The position numbers and the translations under genes are program-made. Shown one piece after another: positions 26,863 through 39,397 of a DNA stretch of 64,000 nt. Every line of letters starts with the position of its first letter. Position 1 is the first letter of the stretch. Source of the stretch: Rudaea sp. (GTDB taxonomy: Bacteria > Pseudomonadota > Gammaproteobacteria > Xanthomonadales > Rhodanobacteraceae); contig DASRGX010000244.1 of assembly GCA_035650835.1 (NCBI GenBank), forward strand, positions 6,154-70,153, read 5' to 3'. A model generated the notes under the pieces. That model searched no databases and was not told the DNA's origin. It was given only the letters and a program-made list of their open reading frames with translations.

Positions 26863-27771
26863 TCAGCGCCGCGCTTCGAGCTTGAGCGCGCGCAGACGTC
26901 CCTGGGCGAGGTTGGCCACCGTGGTGCCGGGATACCGCTGCAGCACCTGATTCAGCGTGGCCTCGGCCTGATCCCACTGCTTCATCTCATATTGGCAGTA
27001 GCCGATCTTGAGCAAAGCGTCGGGCGCCTTTTGGCTGTTCGGATATTGCGCGAGCAGCTTCTGGAACGTGTTCAGCGAAATCGGATAGTTTTGCGTCACG
27101 TAGTACGACTCGCCGAGCCAGTAGTACGCATTCGGCGTGAGCTCGCTGGCCGGATATTGATCGATGAATCCCTGGAAGCGGCGTGCCGATTCGGCATAGC
27201 GGCCGTCCTTGAGCGCGCTGAAGGCCTGGTCGTAGGCCGTCTTCTCGTCGGCCGGATTCGGGCCGGGCGGCGGCGTCTGCAGGTTCGCCTCCGGCGGCAG
27301 GTTCTGGCCCGCCGCGCTCTGCACGGCGCCGGGCGGAACGTTCTGCGCCGGCGGCGGCGCGTTGCCCCCTGGACCGCCGAGCGGGATGTCCTGCATCTGG
27401 CCGTTGTTGGCGGCGACGGCGCCCGGTCCGCCCGCGGCGGCGGGTGCGCCCGAGGTGCGGCCTTCCAGGCGGCCGATGCGCGAATCGAGATCGATGTACT
27501 GATCCTTGGCGCGGCTACGCATTTCCTCGACCTGATGGCGCAGCTCTTCGACCTGGCCTTGCAGCGTCTGCACTTGGGCCTGCAGGGCGTTGATCTGGTT
27601 GACGAGCTCGATGTTGGCCTGGGCGCCGTTCTGGCTCTGTGCCTGCTGCTCGAGCTTGGCCACGCGCTCGGCGAGGCTCAGGCGCTGGGCATGAGCTTGC
27701 GGAGCGGCTGCAAAAAACGCGACGGCGGCCACGAAGGCCGCCGCGGGAATGAAGCGAAACGACATCTGCAT
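26863..27771 (-). CDS. cpoB: Tol-Pal system protein CpoB/YbgF
   Basis: ATG 27771 (MQMSFRF...) inside ORF 26863..28185. It has a signal peptide, a coiled coil, and a C-terminal TPR region (YYWLGESYY...ALLKIGYC). Confidence 0.9.
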   Translation of the reverse strand: MQMSFRFIPAAAFVAAVAFFAAAPQAHAQRLSLAERVAKLEQQAQSQNGAQANIELVNQINALQAQVQTLQGQVEELRHQVEEMRSRAKDQYIDLDSRIGRLEGRTSGAPAAAGGPGAVAANNGQMQDIPLGGPGGNAPPPAQNVPPGAVQSAAGQNLPPEANLQTPPPGPNPADEKTAYDQAFSALKDGRYAESARRFQGFIDQYPASELTPNAYYWLGESYYVTQNYPISLNTFQKLLAQYPNSQKAPDALLKIGYCQYEMKQWDQAEATLNQVLQRYPGTTVANLAQGRLRALKLEARR

Positions 27772-27823
27772 CTTGCACCTCACGTTGCCGCCGCGACTGC
27801 TTCTTCGCCCCTTGGCGGGGGGC

Positions 27824-27849
27824 GATCCGGCCCGCGGGCGGGCCGGATC
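27824..27849. other. perfect 11-bp GC-rich stem-loop in the pal-cpoB spacer
   Basis: gatccggcccg-cggg-cgggccggatc. No U-tract follows it on the sense (minus) strand. Confidence 0.35.
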
Positions 27850-27917
27850 GGGGTACGTGGAAGTGCGCGAACGATGGCAGGAATCCGGCGCCGCCGGGCT
27901 ACTGCGTTTGCGTTGAC

Positions 27918-28436
27918 TTACGGTTTGGCCGTGTAGACGATCTCGACACGGCGGTTCTTCTGCCAGCAGCCTTCGTTGTGGTCCTTGCACACAGGACGCT
28001 CTTCGCCGTAGCTCACGACGTTGAGCTGGCTCGAGGACGCACCGGAGGCCGTGAGCGCGCTCTGCACGGCGTTGCCGCGGCGCTCGCCGAGGCCCATGTT
28101 GTACTCGCGCGTGCCGCGCTCGTCGGCGTTGCCTTCCAGCGTCACGCGGGCATTGCGGAACTGGGCCAGGAACTTGGCATGGCACGAGATGGCGGCCTGG
28201 AATTCCGGACGGATCTCGCTCTTATCGAAATCGAAGTAGACGACGCGCTGACGCAGGCAGGAATCGGTGTCGAGGTCGCTGGCCTTGTAGCCGCCGCTTT
28301 CCGACGAACCCGTTGTCACGGTCGACGGGCCGGGGCCGGCCGGGGGGGGATTGGTCTTCGGCTTATTGCTGGAACAGGCGACCAACGAAGCGCTGGCCAC
28401 AGCGGCGGTCAGAAGAACGCGAATCGGGAGTTTCAT
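27918..28436 (-). CDS. pal: peptidoglycan-associated lipoprotein
   Basis: ORF 27918..28436. It has the lipobox SLVAC and the OmpA-like motif GNADERGTREYNMGLGERRG. Confidence 0.95.
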   Translation of the reverse strand: MKLPIRVLLTAAVASASLVACSSNKPKTNPPPAGPGPSTVTTGSSESGGYKASDLDTDSCLRQRVVYFDFDKSEIRPEFQAAISCHAKFLAQFRNARVTLEGNADERGTREYNMGLGERRGNAVQSALTASGASSSQLNVVSYGEERPVCKDHNEGCWQKNRRVEIVYTAKP

Positions 28437-28488
28437 TTTTTTAGGCCTCTTGCTCAGGTTTCAGGAAAAGCGGTCCATCCGCTAGGAA

Positions 28489-29844
28489 TCATTGTCCGCG
28501 TTGACGGTACGGCGACCATGCCGGCTCACGCACGTCTCCGTCGGCCAGGACCAGGCGCTGGCGCACCCGCCCGTCCGCCGAAACGGCGTAAAGCACGCCG
28601 CGGGTGCCTTCCGTCGCGGCATACAGGATCATGCTTGCGTTCGGGGCGAAACTCGGGTGTTCGTCCAGATTTCCCGGAGAAATCGCCGTGGATTCGCCCG
28701 TGGCGCGATCCAAAACTGCAATACGATACACATTTCCGTTGCCTTGCACCATAGCGATGTGCTTGCCATCCCAGGAAATCGAGCCGTTGGCGTTGTACTC
28801 GCCCTGGAAGGTGATCCGGGTGGCGTCGCCGCCGGCGATCGAGGTCTGATAGAGCTGGGGTTTGCCCGAACGGTCCGACGTGAAGATCAGGCTCTGCCCA
28901 TCGGGCATCCAGGTGGCCTCGGTGTCGATCGCGAAGTGCTTGGTGATCTGCGTCGAGTGGCGGCTCGCCAGGTCCATGATGTAGATGTCGGGGTTGCCGC
29001 CGTAGGACAGGGTCAGCGCCAGCTTGGTGCCGTCCGGGGAGAACGCCGGCGCGCCGTTGATGCCCTTGTTGCTCGACACCACTTCGCGCGAGCCCGTGGC
29101 GATCTCCTGGATGTAGATCGATGAATTGCCGCGCTCGAACGAGTTGTAGGCGAGCCTGCGGCCGTCCGGCGACCATGCCGGCGACAGCAGCGGCTCGCGC
29201 GAGCGCACGACCGTCTGCGGATTGTAGCCGTCCGAATCGGCGACCATCAGCGAGTACTGGATGTTGTTGCCCACGCCCGTCGAGGTGATGTAGGCGATGC
29301 GCGTCCAGAAGGCGCCGCGCACGCCGGTGATCTTCTCGTAGACGATGTCGGCGACTTGGTGCGCCACGTCGCGCAGGCCGCTGCGCTGGCCGGTGATGGC
29401 GAGCCCCGACCCGAGCAGCGGCTGCTGCTTGGCGACGTCGAACAGCTCGAATTCCACGCGCACGTCGCCGGTCGGCTGCTCGATTTCCCGACCGACCAGG
29501 ATGTAGGCCTGCTTCAGCATGTTCCAGGTCGCGAACTTGATGTCGCTGCCGCGGGTCGGGAACTCGACGATGTCGTTCTTGGGCAGGGCGCGGAACTGGC
29601 CGCAGCGATTGAGATCGTTGCGCACGACGTCGGCGACGTCGGTCTCGGGCGGCAGGCCGGCGCCTTCGAACGCGAACGGCACCACGGCAACCGGCGTCGC
29701 GCTCGCGACGCCGTTCTTGATGTCGATGACCGGAACGTCGCTGCTCAAACCCTGGCCTTGCGCGAACGCGGCGGCGGCGAAGAAGCCGAAGGCGACGACG
29801 GCGGCGGCTCTGGCGATGATCGTGTTTGGCATGTCGGTTTTCAT
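28489..29844 (-). CDS. tolB: Tol-Pal system beta-propeller protein TolB
   Basis: ATG 29844 (MKTDMPNT...) inside ORF 28489..30069, overlapping the tolA stop (ATGA). It shows the repeated SPDG..lA/F pattern. Confidence 0.95.
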   Translation of the reverse strand: MKTDMPNTIIARAAAVVAFGFFAAAAFAQGQGLSSDVPVIDIKNGVASATPVAVVPFAFEGAGLPPETDVADVVRNDLNRCGQFRALPKNDIVEFPTRGSDIKFATWNMLKQAYILVGREIEQPTGDVRVEFELFDVAKQQPLLGSGLAITGQRSGLRDVAHQVADIVYEKITGVRGAFWTRIAYITSTGVGNNIQYSLMVADSDGYNPQTVVRSREPLLSPAWSPDGRRLAYNSFERGNSSIYIQEIATGSREVVSSNKGINGAPAFSPDGTKLALTLSYGGNPDIYIMDLASRHSTQITKHFAIDTEATWMPDGQSLIFTSDRSGKPQLYQTSIAGGDATRITFQGEYNANGSISWDGKHIAMVQGNGNVYRIAVLDRATGESTAISPGNLDEHPSFAPNASMILYAATEGTRGVLYAVSADGRVRQRLVLADGDVREPAWSPYRQRGQ

Positions 29845-30713
29845 CCGTCGTAGTGGAAATTGAACTTGATTTCGCGTCGGAACACGTTTTCGTAGCCCTT
29901 GTAGGGCAGCGGCGCGGCGCGGCGCACGGCCTGCTCGATCGAGTTGCGCGTCAGAGGATCGGCGTTGCAGGGCTCGACCACATGCGCGCCGAGCAAATCG
30001 CCGCCCGGAATCTGCGTGATGTCGATCATGCAGTGCAGACCGGCTGGCGTGGTGTCCGGCCGCAGCCAATTATTCGTGATCGCATTCTGAATCGCGGCAA
30101 AATATTGCGCCTCCAAGCTCGAATCCTGGCCGTTGTTGCCGGTCCGCGCCTCCTCAGCGGGCGGGACCGGCTGCGGCGTCGGTTTGACCGGCTTCGGCGG
30201 CTGCTTTTGCAGATCGTTGAGCTGCGCCAGCTTCTCTTTCTCGAGTTTCAGTTTTTTTTCCAATTCTTCGCGCTGGCGCTTGACCTTCTCGAGTTCGGCG
30301 AGCCGATCGCGCTCCTTGCGCTGCTGTTCCTCGAGCAGCACTTGCTCCTGTTTGTGGCGCTCTTCCTGCGCACGCTGTGCCTGCTCGGCCTTTTCCTGCG
30401 CCATTTCGGCGATCTTCTCGCGTTCGATCGCGTCGTTGCGCTGCGGTTGGCTTGGGGGCTGCGGCGCAGGCTCGGGCGGCTTCGGCGGCTCAGGCGCAGG
30501 CTTCGGCGGCGTCGGTTTCGGCCGCGACGAAGCACGCGGCTGCGGCGCCCCGGTGATGCCGACGAGCTCGGCCTCGATGACCGGCCCCGGCAAGCTGATC
30601 GGCTTGACCTCCGATTGCGTCCACAAAAGGCCGAGCAGCAGCACCGCGGCGACGCCCGCGTGCACGAGGAGGGCGAGGCCGAAGGCACGCGCCTTGTCGC
30701 GGAAACTTTCCAT
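29841..30713 (-). CDS. tolA: cell envelope integrity protein TolA
   Basis: ORF 29841..30713. It has an N-terminal TM helix, a Pro/Lys/Glu-rich helical middle, and a C-terminal TolA domain. It sits in the expected position in tolQRAB. Confidence 0.85.
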   Translation of the reverse strand: MESFRDKARAFGLALLVHAGVAAVLLLGLLWTQSEVKPISLPGPVIEAELVGITGAPQPRASSRPKPTPPKPAPEPPKPPEPAPQPPSQPQRNDAIEREKIAEMAQEKAEQAQRAQEERHKQEQVLLEEQQRKERDRLAELEKVKRQREELEKKLKLEKEKLAQLNDLQKQPPKPVKPTPQPVPPAEEARTGNNGQDSSLEAQYFAAIQNAITNNWLRPDTTPAGLHCMIDITQIPGGDLLGAHVVEPCNADPLTRNSIEQAVRRAAPLPYKGYENVFRREIKFNFHYDG

Positions 30714-31159
30714 CAGGGCTTGCGCTGCGGCTCCTGCACGGGCTGGCTCATCAGTCCGACCTTGGGCACGCCGGATTGTTGCAGCAGCACCATGGCCTGG
30801 TAGACCTTGCCGTAGTCGACGCGGTTGTCGCCGCCGATCAGCACGGGCACTTTGGGATTCTGCCGCACGAACGCCGACACCTTCGTGACGAGCGCGTTCG
30901 CGTCGATCGGCTCGCGCTGCGACGTGCCGAGCGTGAGATAGAAATTGCCGTCCTTGTCGACGCTCACGACGACGGGTTCCTGGTCGGCCTGCACCGACTT
31001 GGCCGTCGATTCCGGCAACTGGATGTCGACACCGAGGTTCAAGAGCGGCGCCGTCACCATGAAGATGATGAGCAGCACGAGCATGACGTCGATGTACGGC
31101 ACGACGTTGATCTCGGCCTTGAGCTTGCGGCGTTTGCGGCTGCGTCCGGTGACGTGCAT
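30713..31159 (-). CDS. tolR: Tol-Pal system protein TolR (ExbD family)
   Basis: ATG 31159 (MHVTGRSRKRRKLKAEINVVPYIDVMLVLLIIFMV...) inside ORF 30713..31792. Confidence 0.9.
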   Translation of the reverse strand: MHVTGRSRKRRKLKAEINVVPYIDVMLVLLIIFMVTAPLLNLGVDIQLPESTAKSVQADQEPVVVSVDKDGNFYLTLGTSQREPIDANALVTKVSAFVRQNPKVPVLIGGDNRVDYGKVYQAMVLLQQSGVPKVGLMSQPVQEPQRKP

Positions 31160-31200
31160 GGCAAGAGCTCTAACGTGGGTCGCGCGTCGGCGGGGTCGGC

Positions 31201-31887
31201 TCAGCCGGCCTCGTCGAGATGGGCTTGGCGCTGCAGGATCGAGGAAAACTCCTCGACGAACGTGTCGTAGCGCGTGACGATGCGCTCGACCTTGTTCGAG
31301 TAGCGGTTGTAGGCCCACACCGCCGGGATCGCCGCGATGAGGCCCATCGCGGTCGCGATCAGCGCCTCGGAGATGCCCGGCGCGACCATCGCGATCGTCG
31401 CCTCCTTCACGTTGGCGAGGCCGACGAAGGCCACCATGATGCCCGCGACCGTGCCGAGCAGGCCGACATACGGGCTGATCGAACCCACGTTGGCGAGGAA
31501 TTCCAGGTTCTGCTCGAGGCGGTCGAGCTCGCGCGTGAGCGCCACGCGCATGCCGCGCTGGGCGCCTTCGAGGATCGTGCGCGGGTCCATCTGCCGGCGC
31601 TGACGCAGACGCGCGAACTCGCGGAAGCCGGCCTCGAAGATGCTCTCGATGCCCGTGATCTGCTCGCCCGAAGCGGTCAGATCGCGGAACAGGCCGGCGA
31701 GATCCGCGCCCGACCAGAAGCGCTCCTCGAATTCGTCGGCGCCCTTCATCGCGCGATTCAGCACCGTCATCTTGCGGAAGATGATGACCCACGACAGGAA
31801 CGAGAACACCAGCAGCACGAGCATGACCACCTTGACGAACAGGCTGGCGTCGAGCACGAGCTGGAAGACATTGATACCGCCGTTCAT
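31201..31887 (-). CDS. tolQ: Tol-Pal system protein TolQ (MotA/ExbB family)
   Basis: ORF 31201..31887. It has the motif SISPYVGLLGTV.GIM. Confidence 0.95.
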   Translation of the reverse strand: MNGGINVFQLVLDASLFVKVVMLVLLVFSFLSWVIIFRKMTVLNRAMKGADEFEERFWSGADLAGLFRDLTASGEQITGIESIFEAGFREFARLRQRRQMDPRTILEGAQRGMRVALTRELDRLEQNLEFLANVGSISPYVGLLGTVAGIMVAFVGLANVKEATIAMVAPGISEALIATAMGLIAAIPAVWAYNRYSNKVERIVTRYDTFVEEFSSILQRQAHLDEAG

Positions 31888-32018
31888 GCGCTGAAGATCT
31901 CCGTGATCGGGATACGGGGTGGGAATTCGGGTTGCAAGGGCCGCTTGGGCGAATCCCGAGTCGCGACAGCGGATTCTATGAGGGAAACGGGATCAGAGCG
32001 AGCTTTCGGATCCGGACT

Positions 32019-32434
32019 TCAAGCCAACTCCTCCGCGAGCCGTTCCGGAATCCGGCACGGCTTGAACGCCTCGGCGTCGACGCAAGCCGCGCGCACGCGC
32101 GCCTTGGCGAGCACCGCTGCATCCGCGCGGCGGAGTATACATTGTACGAAAGTGATCGAGGCGCTGCGCCGTCCGACGCTTTCGATAGTCACGTCCAGTT
32201 CATCGTCGAGGCGCGCCGCGGCCACGTACTCGACGGCAAGGTCGCGTACCACGAACAGGAGTCCGTGCTCGGTCTTCACGCGCTCCTGGCCGATGCCGCG
32301 CTTGCGCAGCCATTCGGTGCGCGCGCGCTCGAAGAAGCGCAGATAGCTCGCGTGGTAGACCACGCCGCCCGCATCGGTGTCTTCCCAGTAGACGCGGACG
32401 GGCCAGGTGAAAACGGGAGTCGCGGTCGGACCAC

Positions 32435-32438
<4 letters not shown>
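32019..32438 (-). CDS. ybgC: Tol-Pal-associated acyl-CoA thioesterase (4HBT fold)
   Basis: ATG 32438 ([37 protein letters not shown]...) inside ORF 32019..32903. It overlaps the ruvB stop (ATGA). Confidence 0.9.
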
Positions 32439-33508
<1,070 letters not shown>

Positions 33509-33524
33509 CGAGGAGACGGGCTTA

Positions 33525-33674
33525 GGGATTGGGGATTGGGGATTCGAAAGAGCGTGCGGTGGCTAGCTTATCGCGCCCGCGTCGCGAACCCAATCCGACC
33601 CGTTCCTCCGCTCTTCCCAATCCCGAATCCCGAATCCCGAATCCCGAATCCCGAATCCCGAATCCCCAATCCCC
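33525..33674. repeat. ~150-bp palindromic intergenic element built from G-rich heptamers
   Basis: The left end reads GGGATTGGGGATTGGGGATTCG (33525-33546). The right end has six perfect CCCGAAT copies (33622-33663), flanked by CCCAAT and CCCCAAT-CCCC (33616-33674). A 16-bp perfect inverted repeat pairs 33531-33546 with 33659-33674. Confidence 0.9.
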
Positions 33675-33679
33675 GTCTG

Positions 33680-35593
33680 TCAAATCTCCACCTGCGTCCC
33701 CAACTCGATGAGGCGGTTGCCGGGGATGCGGAAGAACGCCGTCGCCGAGCTCGTGTTGCGGGCCAGGAATGCGAAGAGCTTGTCGCGCCAGAGCGGCATG
33801 CCGGGGCGGTCGGTGGCGACGACGGTCTCGCGGCTGATGAAGAACGTCGTGTCCATCATGTCGAAGCCGAGGCCTTTGGCTTCGCAGCGCACGAGCGCGG
33901 CCGGGATGTCGGGGTCCTCGGCGAAGCCGAAGCGTACGATGACGCGGTAGAACTCGTGGCCGAGCGCCGTGATCTCGACACGCTCGCCGTACTCGGCGAG
34001 CGGCGTTTCGAGCGTCTCGACGGTCATGAGCACGTTGCGCTCGTGCAGCACCTTGTTGTGCTTCAAGTTGTGCAGGAGCGCGTTCGGTACGGCGTTGACG
34101 TTGGCGGTCAGGAAGATCGCCGTGCCCGGCACGCGCAGCGGCGGGTGCGCCGTGACGCTCGCGATGAACGGCTCGAGGGCGAGGCCGCTCTGCTTGAGCT
34201 CGCGCAGGACGAGGTCGCGCCCGCGGCGCCAGGTCGTCATGACCGTGAACGCGACGAGTCCGAGCACGAGCGGGAACCAGCCGCCGTGCTCGATCTTGAT
34301 GGCGTTGGCGCTGAAGAACGACACGTCGATGATCAGGAACACGAGCCCGGCGACGACGACGAGCAGACGGCTCCATCCCCACTGCCGGCGCGCGACGATG
34401 AGCGCGAGGCACGTCGTGATGACCATCGTGCCCGTCACCGCGATGCCGTAGGCCGCCGCCAGATTGTCCGACGAACGAAAGCCGATCACGGCGCCGAGGA
34501 TCAGCACGAGCAGCGCGCGGTTCACCCAGGGCAGGTAGATCTGGCCGATGGTCTGCTTCGAGGTGTGCACGACTTCCATGCGCGGCGAATAGCCGAGCTG
34601 GATCGATTCCCGCGTCATCGAGAACGCGCCCGAGATCACGGCTTGGGAAGCGATGATCGTCGCCACCGTCGAGAGCACGATCATCGGATACAGGAACGAG
34701 TTCGGCACGAGCAGGTAGAACGGGTTCGAAACGGCGGTGGGATCGTGCAGCAGCAGCGCGCCCTGTCCGAAATAGTTGAGCACGAGCGCGGGCGACACGT
34801 AGCCGAACCAGGCGAAACGGATCGGATTCTTGCCGAAATGGCCCATGTCGGCATAGAGCGCTTCGGCACCGGTCAGCGCGAGCACCACGCCGCCGAGCGC
34901 GAGGAACGCGTGCTCGCCGTTGTTGCGGAAGAATTCGAGCCCGTACCACGGATTGAGCGCCCAGAGCACTTCGGGGTGGCGCGCGATCGCGACGATGCCG
35001 AGCACCGCGATCGTCGCGAACCAGACGACCATGATCGGACCGAACACGGCCCCGACGCGCGCCGTGCCGCGCCGCTGCAGCACGAACAGGCCGATGATGA
35101 TGACGAGCGTCAGCGGCACCACCCACTGCGCGAGTCGCGGCTCGGCGACTTTGAGACCTTCCACGGCCGAGAGCACCGAGATCGCCGGCGTGATCACGCC
35201 GTCGCCGTAGAAGAGCGCGGCGCCGAGCAGGCCGAGGATCATGATCCACCAGCGCACGCGCGTGTTGCCGCGTGCGCTGCGCTGCGCGAGCGCCATGAGC
35301 GCCATGATGCCGCCCTCGCCCTTGTTGTCGGCTCGCATGATGAATACGACGTATTTGAGCGACACCACCATCGCGAGCGACCAGAACACGAGCGACAGCA
35401 CGCCGAGCACGTTGCTCGTCGTCGGCGGGATGCCTTGCTCGCCGAACGTCGTCTGCACGGCGTACAGCGGGCTCGTGCCGATGTCGCCGTAGACGACGCC
35501 GAGCGCGCCGAGCGCGAGTCCGGCGAACACGCGGCGCGAATCCGACGGCGTCGCCGTGCCGGGATGGGAATCGTTCATCGCAGTCGTCGTCAT
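33680..35593 (-). CDS. kup: KUP/HAK/KT-family potassium uptake transporter
   Basis: ORF 33680..35593. Motifs are GDIGTSPLY and [10 protein letters not shown]. The ATG overlaps the ruvA stop (ATGA at 35590-35593). Confidence 0.95.
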   Translation of the reverse strand: MTTTAMNDSHPGTATPSDSRRVFAGLALGALGVVYGDIGTSPLYAVQTTFGEQGIPPTTSNVLGVLSLVFWSLAMVVSLKYVVFIMRADNKGEGGIMALMALAQRSARGNTRVRWWIMILGLLGAALFYGDGVITPAISVLSAVEGLKVAEPRLAQWVVPLTLVIIIGLFVLQRRGTARVGAVFGPIMVVWFATIAVLGIVAIARHPEVLWALNPWYGLEFFRNNGEHAFLALGGVVLALTGAEALYADMGHFGKNPIRFAWFGYVSPALVLNYFGQGALLLHDPTAVSNPFYLLVPNSFLYPMIVLSTVATIIASQAVISGAFSMTRESIQLGYSPRMEVVHTSKQTIGQIYLPWVNRALLVLILGAVIGFRSSDNLAAAYGIAVTGTMVITTCLALIVARRQWGWSRLLVVVAGLVFLIIDVSFFSANAIKIEHGGWFPLVLGLVAFTVMTTWRRGRDLVLRELKQSGLALEPFIASVTAHPPLRVPGTAIFLTANVNAVPNALLHNLKHNKVLHERNVLMTVETLETPLAEYGERVEITALGHEFYRVIVRFGFAEDPDIPAALVRCEAKGLGFDMMDTTFFISRETVVATDRPGMPLWRDKLFAFLARNTSSATAFFRIPGNRLIELGTQVEI

Positions 35594-36180
35594 CGCAGTG
35601 CCAGCCTGAGCGCCTTGCGGATGATCGCCTCGGCGCTGTCGCCCGGTTCAGCAGATTCTTTCACCAATCGTGCCACCTCGGCCGGCTTGTACCCGAGCTG
35701 TTGCAGGGCGACCGAAGCCTCGGTTTGCGGATCGGCCGGCGTCGCGCCGCCACGCGCGCCGGGCGCCACCAACTCGATGCCGTCGACGCGATCGCGCAGT
35801 TCCACGACGATGCGCTCCGCCGTCTTCTTGCCGATGCCCGGGATGCGCGTGAGCGCCGCGACGTCGCCTGTCTGCACGAGCCGCGCGAACTCGTCGACGG
35901 ACACGCCGGAGAGCACCGCGAGCGCAATCTTCGCGCCGATGCCGCTCACCTTCTGCAGCGTGCGGAACAAGGTCCGTTCGGCCTCGCGCAGGAACCCGTA
36001 GAGCGCGACCGTGTCTTCCTTGACCGCGTAATGCGTGTAAAGCGTCACTTCGCGACCGGTTTCGGGCAGGTCGAATACGGTCGACATCGGCGCCTGCAGT
36101 TCGTAGCCGACACCGCCGACGTCGACGACGAGCCAAGGCGGCTGCTTGGACGCGAGCATGCCTTTGAGCCGGCCGATCAT
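35590..36180 (-). CDS. ruvA: Holliday junction DNA helicase subunit RuvA
   Basis: ATG 36180 (MIGRLKGML...[11 protein letters not shown]...) inside ORF 35590..36309. It has the HhH motif [12 protein letters not shown]. Confidence 0.95.
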   Translation of the reverse strand: MIGRLKGMLASKQPPWLVVDVGGVGYELQAPMSTVFDLPETGREVTLYTHYAVKEDTVALYGFLREAERTLFRTLQKVSGIGAKIALAVLSGVSVDEFARLVQTGDVAALTRIPGIGKKTAERIVVELRDRVDGIELVAPGARGGATPADPQTEASVALQQLGYKPAEVARLVKESAEPGDSAEAIIRKALRLALR

Positions 36181-36217
36181 GCGCGGACTCCGCGATGGCC
36201 ACGGGACACGGGCGTTC

Positions 36218-36757
36218 TCATCGGCGTCGTCTCCATGCCGAGCGCGGAATGCCGATGCGCGCCACGCTCGCCCGCGTATGCGCATGCGTGAGCGCGACGG
36301 CGAGCGCATCGGCGGCGTCGGCCTGCAGCTTGCCGGAAACGTTGAGCAGCACGCCGACCATGTGCTGGATCTGCAGCTTGTCCGCGCCGCCGCCGCCGAC
36401 CACCGCCTGCTTGATCTCCTTGGCCGCGTATTCCGTGACTTCGAGCCCTCTGTGCACGGCCGCGCAGATCGCCGCGCCGCGCGCCTGGCCGAGCTTGAGC
36501 GCCGAATCGGGGTTGCGCGCCATGAATACGCGCTCGATCGCGGCTTCCGCCGGCCGGTACTCGTCGACGATCGCGCAGACGTCGTCGAACACCTGCTTCA
36601 AGCGCAGCGGAAAGGTATCGTTCTCGAGGAGGTTCAGCGTGGCATGGAACACGTGCGCGGCGCGGCCGGATGGCGCCACCTCGATGATGCCGATGCCGGT
36701 GCGCTGCGAGCCTGGATCGATGCCGAGGATGCGTGTCACGGCGGGCGGGGCCTCCAT
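36218..36757 (-). CDS. ruvC: crossover junction endodeoxyribonuclease RuvC
   Basis: Within ORF 36218..36799. Motifs are RILGIDPGS and [10 protein letters not shown]. Possible starts are ATG 36799, ATG 36757 and GTG 36739 (VTRILGID). The middle one is reported. Confidence 0.9.
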   Translation of the reverse strand: MEAPPAVTRILGIDPGSQRTGIGIIEVAPSGRAAHVFHATLNLLENDTFPLRLKQVFDDVCAIVDEYRPAEAAIERVFMARNPDSALKLGQARGAAICAAVHRGLEVTEYAAKEIKQAVVGGGGADKLQIQHMVGVLLNVSGKLQADAADALAVALTHAHTRASVARIGIPRSAWRRRR

Positions 36758-36831
36758 CGGCGGATGGGTGGGATAGGCGGAGGAGGCGCTCTTGTCCATG
36801 CGATTCTACCATGCCCGTCGCGACGGCCCGT

Positions 36832-37458
36832 TCACGCGGCGCGCGTGAAGCGCGCATCGCGCAGGAACGCGACGGCTTGTCCGGCCGCCTGTTCGGAGAA
36901 CAGCAGGCCCGTGTGCGTGGCCGGCACGACGACGTGATCGGTGAGCCCCGGCAGCTCCGTCTCGCTGACGCTGACCGTGCCGTCGTGCGGCGAAGAGAGC
37001 CCGCCGATCGCGAACCCGAGTCCGATCGGCAGGCGCCCCGCAATCGAACCCACGGGCTGCTCGCCACCCCAGCGCTCGATGCCTTCGCGCAGGATCTCGA
37101 TGCTCTTGCCGATCACGAACGCGCCGCCCGGCAGCTTGGCCACGCTGCGCGCCACGGCGCTGCCGCGCAGCGGCGAGCCGAGGCACACGACGCGGCCTTC
37201 CGCGAGCTGCGGCTCGCGCTGCAGGGCCTGCAGCGCGATGAGGCCGCCGAGACTGTGGCCGACGAAGTGGATTTTTTTACTTTTTACTTTGTGCGCACGA
37301 TCGCGCAGGCGCTCGATGCCCTCTTCGGGGCTGCGCAGGACGGTCGCGTAGTCGAACGCTTCGACGTCGTAGCCCGCGCCCTGCAGCCGATTGCGCAGCA
37401 TCGTCAGCGTAAACGCGCGCATCCAGAGCCCGTGCAGCAGGATGACGGTTTCCCCCAT
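36832..37458 (-). CDS. alpha/beta hydrolase (esterase/lipase-like)
   Basis: ATG 37458 (MGETVILLHGLWM...) inside ORF 36832..37986. It has the nucleophile elbow GHSLGG. Confidence 0.8.
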   Translation of the reverse strand: MGETVILLHGLWMRAFTLTMLRNRLQGAGYDVEAFDYATVLRSPEEGIERLRDRAHKVKSKKIHFVGHSLGGLIALQALQREPQLAEGRVVCLGSPLRGSAVARSVAKLPGGAFVIGKSIEILREGIERWGGEQPVGSIAGRLPIGLGFAIGGLSSPHDGTVSVSETELPGLTDHVVVPATHTGLLFSEQAAGQAVAFLRDARFTRAA

Positions 37459-37484
37459 GACCGCTCGCCGCTCCGGACCGGCAC

Positions 37485-39257
<1,773 letters not shown>

Positions 39258-39346
39258 TGAGTTCTATCCGCCCTCTGGTTTTCCGATTCCCGCGCAGGTG
39301 CCTCGCGCAAAACTCACCAATCGTACGAAGGATTTTGCTGCACTGC

Positions 39347-39376
39347 AAACAAAAACCCCGCCAAGCGGCGGGGTTT
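39347..39376 (-). terminator. rho-independent terminator after the DUF3011 gene
   Basis: The minus-sense strand reads AAACCCCGCC-GCTT-GGCGGGGTTT followed by TTGTTTG. This is a 10-bp stem, a 4-nt loop and a T-run. Confidence 0.7.
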
Positions 39377-39397
39377 CGGGATTTCTCGTCGCTGCGG

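Noticed and set aside
33616-33674. Tandem repeat array that might be mistaken for a CRISPR array
   Set aside because: The units are 7 nt and directly abutting, with no spacers. The array is only about 59 nt long, and no cas genes are present. It is a microsatellite-type repeat.
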